From Octopus bimaculoides (lineage: Eukaryota): a stretch of DNA of 64,000 nt. Under the pieces are notes generated by a model that worked only from the letters and a program-made list of their open reading frames with translations, was not told the origin of the DNA and did not search any database. Below are positions 1-11,369 of the stretch, in pieces. Position 1 is the first letter of the stretch, and every line of letters starts with the position of its first letter. The position numbers were made by a program, and so were the translations under genes. Where the stretch lies: positions 71,653,000-71,716,999 of the forward strand of contig NC_068985.1 in assembly GCF_001194135.2 (NCBI RefSeq), read 5' to 3'.

Positions 1-164
1 CTCCAACATACTGAAAATTTAGAAATAGCAGTCAAAGGACTACTGATTCCAAACTACAAATTTTTCTCTAACGGATGGCGATATTTATGGCACACAGAGA
101 AAAATTTGTAGTTTGGAATCAGTAGTTCTTTGACTGCTATTTCTAAATTTTCAGTATGTTGGAG
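1..164. repeat. Near-perfect inverted repeat (69-bp arms, 26-nt spacer)
   Basis: 1-69 is the reverse complement of 96-164 at 68/69 positions; the single mismatch would be a G-U pair. Spacer 70-95 is aacggatggcgatatttatggcacac. It may extend left of the window. Confidence 0.95.
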
Positions 165-192
165 AAGCAACTCAAGCTAATCCCTGTATATT

Positions 193-229
<37 letters not shown>

Positions 230-950
230 TGTATTGTGTGTGTAAAATTCCACCCTTCCCTTTGTCATCCCAGTACTTCTACAATTTTGGGTTTTTGCAC
301 CATACACTGTTACTACCACCACGTTATTAATACTGCTGCCTCTACCACTTTCATTACAACTACTTGCATAGTTTTTCTTCATATTTCTCTGTCTTTTTAT
401 ACACCCATGTCTTTGGCAAATCCACCCCATTCCACCCTTCTCGACGTTGCCTGCCCATCTGGGACTTCGTTCCACCACGATCATCACATCACTTGCCCTT
501 TGAAACAGTCTGCTCCGCCCCCTCCAATAGCTTCCCCCCATCTCTCTCTCTCTCTGGGTCCCTGTCTATCTCTCTCACATCCTTCACCCCTACTTTTGTC
601 TGCTGTCCTGCCTCGTTTCCCCTCCTCCCAATTTCTATAATTTCATATTCTGTGAGTGGGAAAGAGTTTCTCTCTCTCGTTACTCTACTTTTTGCCCTTT
701 AAGGGTGGTTTAGCCGCATATATATATATATATATATANNNNNNNNNNNNNNNNNNNNNNNNNNNNNNNNNNNNNNNNNNNNNNNNNNNNNNNNNNNNNN
801 NNNNNNNNNNNNNNNNNNNNNNNNNNNNNNNNNNNNNNNNNNNNNNNNNNNNNNNNNNNNNNNNNNNNNNNNNNNNNNNNNNNNNNNNNNNNNNNNNNNN
901 NNNNNNNNNNNNNNNNNNNNNNNNNNNNNNNNNNNATGTATGTATGTATA

Positions 951-1000
<50 letters not shown>

Positions 1001-1084
1001 ACACATATATACTTGTACACCCACATAAATGTCTTTGTATACGTGTGTGTTTGTTTATATATATATATATATATATATATATGC

Positions 1085-1492
1085 CTCATGCGTGATTGTG
1101 TAGTAAAAAGTTTGCTTCCCAACCACGTGGTTCCCGTTTCCGTCCCACGGCGTGGTGGCACCTTGAACAAGTGTCTTCTATTATATCTTCGGGATGACAA
1201 AAAGCCTTGCGAGTGGATTTGGTAGGCGGAAAATAAACAAAGGGAAAGGAATTGTTCACACACAGCACGTGTGTGCATGTGTGTGTGTGTGCGCGTGCGC
1301 GCATGTTTGTCCCTCACCACCGTTTGACAACCCGTGTTGGTGTGTCTACGAGCCCATAACTTAGCGGTTCGGCAATAAAAAAACTGATAGAATAAGTACC
1401 AGGCTTTTAAAACTGAGTTCGACTGAAACTGAAATTCTTGAAGATGCCCCAGCATGACCTCAGTCAAATGACTGAAACAAGTAAAAGATAAA
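1085..1492 (+). mobile_element. SINE family A (tRNA-like head, CORE-like gcaccttgggcaagtgtc block, internal TA/TG microsatellite), diverged full-length copy
   Basis: Colinear with the copy at 9537-9880 (ttcccaaccac, ggcaccttg.caagtgtcttct, gtggatttggtag, aacttagcggttc, gatagaataagtac, tgactgaaacaagtaaaaga). CORE assignment is from recalled MIR-core similarity. Confidence 0.85.
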
Positions 1493-1628
1493 GGATTACA
1501 CAGACGCAAGGTAAACGTATACCACAAAATGTCTATTTCGAATGCAAAGAGTTTCGTCGTACTTCTGTAACCTGGCCATCGAAGCAATTCTATGCAAACT
1601 TTGTATAACTAAAATGGCCCCTCCGGTT

Positions 1629-1843
1629 TTTGTGTCTGCGTTTGTCTCCCCATACCGTTTGAGAACCGGTGTTGGTGTGTTAACGTATCCGTAACTTAAC
1701 AGTTCGACAAAAAAGACCGATAGAATAAGTACTAGGCTTTAAAAAAAAAGTTGCTTGGTCGATTCGTTCGAGTAAAAAAACCTTCAAGGCGGTGCTCCAG
1801 CATGGTCGCAGTCAACTGACTGAAACGAGTAAAAGAATAAAAA
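1629..1843 (+). mobile_element. SINE family A, 3' half
   Basis: gtgttggtgtgt...gtaactta...gaccgatagaataagtactaggctt...ggcggtgctccagcatggtcgcagtc...gtaaaagaataaaa matches the other A copies. Confidence 0.85.
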
Positions 1844-2324
1844 TATATGTAATTGTTGTAAAGTGTCTACACAACCACCCTACCATTTATCTTCCTGCTA
1901 TATCCTTTTACCCATCCAGCCCTCTCGTCTTCGCTCTCTCACATTTCATTTCTCAGAATCATCCCACCTCTCCACTTCCATTCATACATACAAGCACGAC
2001 TCAATATAACCAGACATTTGGGGACGTTTCTTTATACATACATATCCATACAAATGCACACATGTGTGCGGCTAATTTGCTTCTTTTTAACTTCTAAAAC
2101 GGACATGCAGCATCCAGTCTTTTTAACTTGTGCTTCTCTCCGTTATTTACTTCCTCTATTTATCCATCTCCTTTTATATCTATTGTTTCTTCATTTTATC
2201 TCTCTTTTCATTCTTTTCTATTGTTTTTCCTTCCTGCTTCCTCTCTTTCTCTGTCTCGCTTCCTCTCTTTCCCCTTCCGCCTATCTTTGTTATACCACCC
2301 GAGGAGCCTGAGTTAACGAAATAG

Positions 2325-2685
2325 CATCAACGTCGTTCGACCTTCAAGGAATAACTGCCAGCCCCACTCTATATCATATCCTAGAAAAGGACACATTAGA
2401 CAGTGTAATCGTCTAAAAAAACGGGATGTCTTTCATCAGAAATCTGCTCGTTCAAACTTGAGCTGGGCCGAAACAAGAACACAGCCTGCAAGCCTATATG
2501 GGAGTCTCAAAGCTGTTACTTGAGATTGCAGCTAAATCTCTTTCACTTCATACTCCATCGCTCTAATAAAAGTAAGGACATATTTAGTCAATTTAAGAGC
2601 GGGGAGAGATGGTCAAATCTGAAAGAACCTTTGATCAATGGTTCATTCAACCAAAGTTGATCTGGGGTTAAACAGCAGCACAGTG
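2325..2685 (+). mobile_element. Two adjacent decayed copies of interspersed repeat family C
   Basis: Share blocks with the C copies at 23855-24058 and 31855-32030 (gcagctaaatctc, aaggacacattag, gggatg, ttgatc, ctggggttaaacagcagc). Confidence 0.6.
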
Positions 2686-3234
2686 AACAATCTCTGACCC
2701 ATAACCACCGTCACTATTCTACCACCACCATCGACACTCATCACCACCACCATCATTGTTGACACTTTCTATCGCCACTACAAACATTATCGCCTCCGTC
2801 ATCAACATCATTTTCACTATTGCCATTATTCCAATACACACCTCCATCACCACCATCGTCGTTTACACCGCCTCTACGATCCCTTTCACATTTACCGCCA
2901 TTACTTCGAACACCACCACTCCACTATTAATAAACTTCTCTTAACTTTTGAAGTTTTATTGAAGTTTCAATGAACGGCTTTTTAAATACATGCCTCCTCT
3001 TCCCTTTTCCCTTTACTACTTTTCTTCTCCAAGCTTCCCTCCTCAACCACCGTCTCTCTCCCTCACCTTCAACAACTCGGTCTTCCCTACTATTTGGCGC
3101 GAGTCAATGTGACTTCTACGCAGTCACACATCCTCCTAAGCCTAACAGCTAAATCTTCCTTAAAACATACTCTACTATCTTATAGGAAGAAGAATTCGTT
3201 GAAGCTTTCAATAGATTTTGTCGTGTGGCGTGAA

Positions 3235-3272
3235 GAACCTAACGTTTCGAAACACCCCTCATCTGAGAATTC
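3235..3272 (-). ncRNA. Degenerate minimal hammerhead-ribozyme-like motif (Penelope-tail type)
   Basis: Minus strand reads gaattct-CAGATGA-ggggtgtttc-GAAA-cgtt-aggttc. One mismatch to the CUGANGA core, a G-C-closed stem II, and an imperfect stem I. Confidence 0.3.
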
Positions 3273-4796
3273 AGAATATCCAGAAGTCTTAATACCAGCT
3301 TGCTACTAAGGCAATAAAAATTCACTTATTTTCTCAACATACGGACGTAAAGAGTTTTCAGATTCTTTTTTGCTTACGGAAAATAAACTCACCCAGCTCA
3401 TCAATTAATCAATATATTAATTGTTGCCGACGCAGCTCCTCTTACCTCCCATCACTTCTAGTTCCTAATCAGCATCTTAACGGATCATACGGAAGCACAT
3501 ACAAACCAACAATCGAAACTTCCGTGTGATAACTAGACTTGCCTGAAATAGCTACCAAATAGAGGATGCATTGCACATAAACAAACCAATGGTTCTCTTT
3601 GTATTGTATCTTTAGCGACGATACTTATGAATGGAATATGATAGATGGAAACTATTCTGAAGTTGTGGTATTTGTGTGTACGTGTAAGTTTACTCCTCAA
3701 GTAACCACGAAGATTTAAACTCAGATTGCAAAGCGCTAGAACAAATACCGTCACACTAACGATTCTGTCAGTCCGCCACCCTTGACCGGTGCATTATCGA
3801 CCTCGAAGGGATGAAAAGCAAAGTTGACTTCAGCCCAGAATGATATAAAAAAAAAAACGGAATAACGTATGGCATTAGAGTAGAATTATCCAAATTCTAT
3901 AAATGTTTGCCGCTGGCTTATTGAAGTATTTCCCTTAGCTCGTTTGTAGGCAGTTCATTGCACTCTTAATGCTAAATGATTCGCACTGAAAGCCTTTCAT
4001 CATAAATCTATTTGCTCAAGTCTAAAAAATAAAAACGAGGACCGGCTAGAAGTAGCCGATTCTCCCTCATATCGAGAATAATTACGCATTGTATAGTATA
4101 GTCTGTAGTGTATACCCGACAAGATTTCAGTTCGCAATTCTCATCTGTTTAACTAAGCCACTATCTCATTGTTGCTGCTGTCGTTCGGTCAGACCGGTGT
4201 ACGATTCAAGGTATTTCTGACTAGCGTGCGATCAAAGATGTTTCAGTAATGATCGTTCAGTCTTCCAGAAATCGTCAGTCTCGAGCCACATCCATTTTTC
4301 TTAAGGATCATAAGAATTGTGGGAGTTTAGGATGCTACTTTTAGTGTATCGAAACCTTTTAAAAGTCCCCTCATTTACTGCTGTTACCTACATCGTTATT
4401 ATTCTTGCTTTTATCATTAAGCAAGCTTTTCATAACTCACATTTTCCAGTAATATTAAAAATCCTTATTTAAGAAGGCAGGTGTGATTTGAGAGTGATTG
4501 AACGGCTATTTCTAGCATACCACCGTGGATAAGCACTTCACTTCCCCATTACATGGTTTCAGGTTCGAGCCTATTATACAGCATCTCGGGCAAATAGTTA
4601 TTTTCTCTTGCTGCCCCAGATTCAGTTTTGCCATGGAATTTGGTAGACAGAAACTGGAAGCCCATTGTGGGTTTCCGTATTTTGTGTCCAACTGCATACC
4701 CAAGTGATTTTTACGTTTGTGTCTATTTGTCTTGCAGCTTTGTAACTCAACAGAAATCGACAAAATAAGTTCCGAACTTAAATAATCACTGAATCC

Positions 4797-4972
4797 CATC
4801 AGGCCCGTCGCCAGACTTTGGTGTCTGGAGGAGTTGCTTCAAAATATTCTGGGTGGGCACTAATTTGTAATAATGCTAAAGTGGAGCTTCGAAATAGGTA
4901 TAATACTGTAAATCTGAAGGTGCACTATTGAATAGTGAGGTCCAGTGCACCCCCTTAGCGACGGGCTTAATG
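4797..4972. mobile_element. Small MITE-like element with GC-rich terminal inverted repeats
   Basis: catcaggcccgtcgcca (4797-4813) versus the reverse complement of 4956-4972 (cattaagcccgtcgcta), 14/17. Internal palindrome ggtgcactattgaatagtg...agtgcacc. No TSD resolved. Confidence 0.55.
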
Positions 4973-5309
4973 CTCACAGATCAATAACTAAAACCAGTAA
5001 TAGTATAAAAGAAATCATTGTAAAGGTCCCTTATTGGTCTGCCGTCACTATAATGGTTTTTGTGGCAATTTGTGCGAGATCCAACAAAGGCCACTTCTGC
5101 ATGGTCACTGAACTTAGTAAGAAATATCAGAATATGTTAGATAGTATAGTCTTAGACTCTCCGCAAGTAAGAAAATACGTGATGATCACGGCTGGAATGC
5201 CTCTGATTCTGGATCTACTCAATCAGAGCAGGCATGAGGCTACAAAACAAAAAAAAAAACAGTAGAGAAGGGGTGCCTGTACGTGGTTTTCTCCTCATAT
5301 TACACCCTA

Positions 5310-5617
5310 CCGCATGACTCAGTGGTTAGAGCGTCGGGCTCACAGTCATGACGTAGTGAGTTCGATTCCCGGACAGGGCTGCTTGTTATGTTCTTGAGCA
5401 AGACACTTTATTTAATGTTGCTCTAGTTCAGTTCACTCAGCTGTAGAAATGAGTTGCGATGTCACTGGTGCCAAGCTGTATGGTGGCGCCGAGAGGGGAG
5501 GCTGGTATGCATGGGCAACTGCTGATCTTCCATAAACAACCTTACCCGGACTTGTGTCTCGGAGGGTAACTTTCTAGGTGCAACCCCATAGTCATTCATG
5601 ACCGAAGGGGGTCTATT
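5310..5617 (+). mobile_element. tRNA-derived SINE family D with 10-bp TSD
   Basis: Pol III box A (tgactcagtggttagagc) and box B (gagttcgattccc, 5358-5370). TSD ttacacccta at 5300-5309 and 5618-5627. Paralog at 41363-41688. Confidence 0.9.
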
Positions 5618-5754
5618 TTACACCCTATCAACTTAAAAAAAAGGACACCTGTGGCAATAACCCTGCTTTAGGGTTGACCGCAGGCTAGATAACAACATCA
5701 GTTGTTTTTTGGTGTTTTGTGTAAATTTTTATTTCCTTTTAATTTTAGTGCATT

Positions 5755-5900
5755 CATCTGAGTTCAAATGTCGCTTTGGCCGACTTTGCCTTTCATCCTT
5801 TCGGAGTTGATAAAATAAATACCAGTCGAGAACTTGGATCGAATTAACCAACTAGTCCCCTTCCACAAAATTTTAGGCTTTGTGCTTAGAGGAGGAAAAA
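5755..5900 (+). mobile_element. SINE family B, 5'-truncated
   Basis: ctgagttcaaat...cgactttgcctttcatcctttcggagttgataaaataaataccag...aaaattttaggctttgtgcttagag matches 59108-59325. Confidence 0.8.
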
Positions 5901-7116
5901 AAAAATTAATTTCATTTGTAGCGAAATGTAAGTATCGACGCGAGCATGGATACCATAACATCACATTTTATTCCATATTTCTGAAATAAATGCATGAAGG
6001 TAATATGTATGATATAACTGGATTAATTGAATATTATATGATAAACTCGACTTGGTTGAATTCAATTAAATCCGCTTCGGCAATTTAATGAAGTTATTTA
6101 AGGAATGACATTCAGGTCACAAAATCTCATCCCCCCGATAATTACTGGTATTGTCTACTCGTCTATCAAATTTCACTTACAGCTTGGGTAGACCCAAAAT
6201 TCTGGTAAAAGATACGCGTCCAATATACCACATAGTGGGACCGAACTCGGGACTTCGTGATTGCGAAACGAACTGCTTAACAACTAACTAGCTCATGACT
6301 GCATCCATCACACACACACACGTACATACATACACATGTATACACACACACACACATATATCTCTAAATATATGTGTATATAAATATACCCATACGTATG
6401 TGTGTGTGAGAGAGAGAGAGCTAACTGTATATGCGCGCGGGCACACAGACACATACACATGCAGCTAAAGTTAATATCCTTTTCCTCACTCACTCTCTCT
6501 TTCTTTCTTACTCTCGTTCCCCTCCCCATCATCCCTATACTCAAGTAGCTAACTTTAAACAGGGGTGCTAGCGAGAGGAGATGTGCTTGTTACGCTCGCT
6601 CCCAGCCTCGAAAGTCTGTTATTAAGAAAGCACATCTCTCTTTTTCTCTCTTTATAATATATATCGTACGGAACTTGTTCGTTAATTGTTTATTTTAACG
6701 ACAGAAAGTGCGAAGAGGAAAGAATATACAGAACTAGAAATAGAAAGAGAAAGGAAGAGTGGAATATGGAGTATCAATAACATCCACTGACAAAAACCAA
6801 TTTTTTTTTTCATTTCATAGGGATTAACCAAAATACCCAGTCTCCGAAATACAATGAATGAATGAATGGATGGATAAATATACATACATATGGATAAAAC
6901 AAGTTTAATATATTCCCTTTTTGTGACGAACTGGATTAATATTATGGTTATTGCTACTATAAACATATTTTGAATGCTTCATGGAATTTACATTATTGTT
7001 ATTATTACCATTATTATTATTAATAAGGTTAGTGGTTTGTATTTCCGAACTTTTTTTTATTTATTGCTTTTCATGTATTTAATCTATTTCGCTATAGCTT
7101 CATAAACTTGTCTTAA

Positions 7117-7465
7117 TTGTTGTTGTTCAGCCCTAGGTAAATCTCGATTGAGTATGCAAAGGTGTTCGAGCTGAGATCATCCAGTCTCATGTTGTTATGA
7201 TCTGTATTGTTAAAACAAAACGGTGTTTTTCCTTACCTTTTTACGGTACAGTCTGGTATGATTTAAGGGCGGTTTGGCTTCTATTATCTAGTAGATCATG
7301 GGATTGCGAATAAACTGCTTATCCCCCAAGTCCGCTCCGTTCGAGCAGACCTATCTATAATCAACGGCATTCTTGTCCACACCATCTAGTTTAGCTTCTA
7401 TTTTGACACCCACCTTTTTTTTTTAAAGACAGAAGAGTGTGAATTGAAGGGTATTTGGCTAAATC
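7117..7465 (-). mobile_element. Two decayed family C copies
   Basis: ttgttgttgttcagccctaggt...gatcatccagtct...gtatgatttaagggcggtttggcttctattatctag is the reverse complement of the C pattern; a second partial copy lies at 7335-7465. Confidence 0.6.
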
Positions 7466-7772
7466 CTCAATATAATTGTTCTTTTGTCTTTCGCCTCCTA
7501 ATTGAATCGATTTAATTTGAACCGAACCGAAATGGGGAACTGAATCTAGCTTATTTTGCTAATCTCAGTAATAACCTTTCCAATCACTTTTTCTTGTTTG
7601 CATCGCTAAAATGCCCAGTAGTTAAAGACACACTTCATCACACATATTGTGGGTTTAAATATATTTGTTATTGTATGTAGTCTTGTACTGAAGTCATGTT
7701 TCTGTAATTATGGAATATATGTGTATGATATGCACACAGTATTTCCATACACGAGCTCATGCATACGCAAGC

Positions 7773-8481
7773 GTGAATTGTCCAACGCATAAAATTGAAT
7801 TGCTACAAACTTAAATTTTCATACACATTACCATACACACAGAAACTTGAATAATATCATGCACGCACACACGTACCCGTAATCGTCCCTTATACATACA
7901 GATGTGCACAAACACAAAACTCAACCGTCCCATACAGACGACACACGAGCAAAACTTAATTCGTCCCAGACACATGCTTACGCGCACGCACACTCATTCG
8001 TATGCATACACATACGCGCGCACACACACACATTAATTCATCCAAGACACACACACACACACACATATCTGAATTTCGGCACTTGCATAAGTAAATCAGT
8101 TTCCAGAATTGCTACTCACGCACAAAAGCTTGCGCCTCATACATACTTACATACATATATACATACGCACACACGCATACCTGAATTGTCTTGCATACTT
8201 ACATACTTCTGAATGTATAAATACGATTGAAGGTTTACACATGCACATACATGCAATGTTATACACAACTGAACTGTCGCACGCAAGCCAAAATTCCCAC
8301 ATACATGCAGATACACGTATAAATATAATTGTCGCGCACACGCTGCTGAATTGTCCTCTCCGTCACTCACTTTCACAAACACACGCACATATATGTGTGC
8401 GATATATACTCACATACATGTGTGTATGTGTTGCCCCCCTGGTACGTACACAGCCATCTGAATTGTCACAGCTGAATTGTC
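7773..8481 (+). repeat. CA-rich low-complexity tract with a recurring (C)TGAATTGTC 10-mer
   Basis: Exact ctgaattgtc at 8181, 8346, 8458 and 8472; variants at 7773, 7795, 8069, 8104, 8269 and 8325. Confidence 0.65.
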
Positions 8482-9536
8482 TCGCACACATACCGATGTA
8501 TGTACGTTTATGCTATTTTATTGTACTTTCCTTCGAAGTAAATAAGTTATTATTTGACGATGTAGTTGTGTAAACAGTAGGGTGCCGGACTACAACATTT
8601 ATTCTACGTTCTGGGAGGAGTTAGAATCCACCGGAGTAGATTTTTTCCTTTTCATCTCTCCGTGGTCGATAAAATCTACCAAGCGTGTAATACAGTTAAG
8701 TAGTGGTTTATGAAATGCCTTGCTGCATTTAGTTACATCTCTGTTTACTAAGATCTGAGTTCGTTCCCAGTCGGGTTAGGCTTTTCTTTTTAAGACTCCG
8801 TGGTCGATGAAACAAGTACCAAGCAAGTAATACAATAACAATAAATGGTTTCTTTTTATCTGTATGGTTCGTCATTCCGTCCATGCTTGGTTTCTTTGGG
8901 CGTTTTTTTTTTTTTTAACATGCTAAATGAGAAATTGTTTGCTTAATCCTCTTTCTTTTCCTGAAGGAAACTGGCTACACTGTTCTGTGAGGGGGTTATG
9001 GGGACTACATGCATCTCACAGAACAGTATACCCGGTTTTGAGAAAGAGATGGTTAAGAAAAATCACCTTCTCCTATACAAGATTGGTTCTTTATTTGTCG
9101 ATCCTGGAAAAATGAAAGACAAGTTAGCTTGGCAGAATTTGAATTCAAAATACAAAAAAGTTGGAACAGTTACCACAAAGACATTTCCCGGCGTTTTAAC
9201 CCGCTCATTATAGCTAAGTTGCAGTCTCCACAATACCATTTTTTCTATTTAGTTACATCTTTTTACTGTTATTTGAATTCGAATTCCTTTAAGTTTGACT
9301 TCGCTTTTTAACTATCTCAGATCTGTAAAGAGTGCCAACCAAATACTGAGCTCGATTTAATCATTTTCAGCTTTGTACCAATGTTAGAAAGTGTTACTCT
9401 GATCTAGCGAACTTATAACCACAAAGACACTCCAGCTGTATCGTCCTGTCTTTTTTATTATGAGAAGGGGTGAAAAGAGTAAATCGTACTCAGGCCCGGG
9501 AATTTCCTGGGTTCTTAGAAAATATTTTTGCATACA

Positions 9537-9880
9537 GGCGCAGAAGTGGCTGTGTGGTAAATAGCTTTCTTACCAACCACATGGTTCCGGGTTCAAGTCT
9601 CACTGTGTGGCACCTTGGGCAAGTGTCGGGCCGACCAAGGCCTTGTAGGTGGATTTGGTAGACGGAAACTGAAAGAAGCCCGTCGTATATATATATAATG
9701 TGTGTGTGTGTGTTTGTGTGTCTGATTGTCCCCCCACCATCGCTTAACAATCGATGTTGATGTGTTTACGTCCCCGTAACTTAGCGGTTCAACAAAGAAT
9801 AAGTCCTGGGAGTCGATTTGCTCGACTAAAGGTGGTGCTCCAGCATAGCCGCAGTCAAATGACAAACAAATAAAAGAATA
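9537..9880 (+). mobile_element. SINE family A, best-preserved copy (CpG-rich)
   Basis: ggcgcagaagtggctgtgtggtaa...ggttccgggttcaagtc (box A/B-like), ggcaccttgggcaagtgtc, internal (TA)(TG) run, and taaaagaata tail. Confidence 0.92.
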
Positions 9881-11197
9881 TTGAAGATTTGTATTTCATT
9901 CTGGTAAGGATGCACCGATTGAAACTTTGTACTTCGATAAAATCCCTACCGTGGTCCCTAGTTTTGACTATATTATTGTTTCTTTTCTATTTTGACTGCT
10001 GTTTCTCTCAGGTCAAATGACAATGTAGGTACACCAGCTCTTCGCCGTTCCTGGTCAAAGCAGGCGTATTTCAGTCGTGAACTTCTCGTCCTATAAGGAT
10101 TATGTAGTATTGAATTATATAATGATTCTTTTAGAAAATGACGTCTGATTTGAGGAACATATTTCTATTTCAAATATCTCGAGACGATGCAAAGAACAGG
10201 ATTAGATACTCATCCGTTGCCAAAATTTTGCCCGAATCCAAATTTGAAATGTTCTCTGCTGATGTTCCATAAAAAGTTTTATCCTTGAGACCAGAGGAGT
10301 GTTTCTTCACAAGTTTTATTTAACACTTGTGCGGATATTCAATGCATTAATAATGATCTAGGTAACTTAATGCATTGTAACATTCTAACATACGCAGCAT
10401 ATTTTTGATCGCATGCATATCTTTCAATATGTAAAACTAAAGATTCATCGTCATGACTTGTAGGTCGTCTCCTATACAAAAAGGTCCCACACTTTTGACT
10501 GAGAAAGTTCTTTGTTAGTTTGTGTTAGACTAAATCATTTTGAAGCGATGATAATTTCTGGACAAGCAGGATTCTCGATCTTTTCTCCTTCTGAAGTTTA
10601 AAAGCATCAAGATTCTCATTAATGTCATATCTACTCCTCCCCTCTTTCATTCAACTCCTGTTTAATATAAGGTTCAATAATTTTATAAAAGAAACAAAAA
10701 GGTCATTAATTTTTTTTTCTTTATCAAAGTTTGAAGTTACAATCGATTCAACCTCTCAATGAGTGTATGTGCATGTGCGTAATATGTGTGTGTATTTATG
10801 TATGTATGTATGTATGTATGTGTAATATATATAAGCACATGCATAAATACACAAATATATATTAATATATGCATATTTGTATATCTATGTATGCATATAT
10901 TGTAAATGGATGTATACATGTATAAGTGTATATGTGTATATAGAGATGAATGTGTGTGTGTATGTATGTGCATATACATATATATATATAAAGGAGAGAT
11001 AAATGTGTATATATGTCTATGTATACATATATGCATATGGAATTATGAGAGGAAATGCTTGGTGTTAAAAAAAGTGTTTACTATAGCTGCAGTGCACCGT
11101 TCACTATCTAAATATACACTTTTCACACAAAACTGAAAACTTGTAGAAGAAAGATGTAAAATGTATAGAAAGACAACCCTGTTGTATTTGGAATTCT

Positions 11198-11203
11198 TTT
11201 ATT
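11198..11203 (-). terminator. Candidate polyadenylation signal AATAAA
   Basis: AATAAA on the minus strand about 70 nt after the stop of the candidate terminal exon. The hexamer is common in AT-rich DNA, so support is only contextual. Confidence 0.25.
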
Positions 11204-11271
11204 TGGAGATGAGTTTTTCTCTGGTCACAATATTTGAATGATATATATTTCAGTAAACTATGGAGCCACTT

Positions 11272-11369
11272 TCAATCATCCCCAAATAGTTCAGTTGTGA
11301 GATTGTTAGACTCACGATCTAGATTCAAATCTGGATTTTCAGCACGTTGATCAAGTTCTGTCAATATCT
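11272..11369 (-). CDS. Candidate terminal coding exon of an unidentified host gene: (x)ILTELDQRAENPDLNLDRESNNLTTELFGDD*
   Basis: Acceptor ccatactatcaatttgcag|AG, then 31 open codons to TGA (11272-11274). Non-repetitive, protein-like composition, low GC3, AATAAA downstream, and located at the CpG transition. Protein not recognised. Confidence 0.45.

Noticed and set aside
143-702. Overlapping 112-144 aa ORFs near the start
   Set aside because: Low-complexity CT/GA-rich sequence open in several frames, with no recognisable domain or splice context.
5311-5380. Possible tRNA gene (also the heads at 9537, 39980-40046 and 41363)
   Set aside because: Box A/B are present but there is no intact acceptor stem or oligo-T terminator, and each head continues into a SINE body (TSD-flanked at 5310, 39739 and 41363).
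10012-10097. Plus-strand acceptor (tttctctcag) followed by SNDNVGTPALRRSWSKQAYFSRELLVL*
   Set aside because: A single splice-like signal, with no partner exon or homology.
10260-10620. Possible third Penelope linker/endonuclease relic on the minus strand (cagtcaaaagtgtggg resembles 54935-54950)
   Set aside because: Similarity is limited to a short stretch, and I could not recover convincing GIY-YIG motifs by eye.
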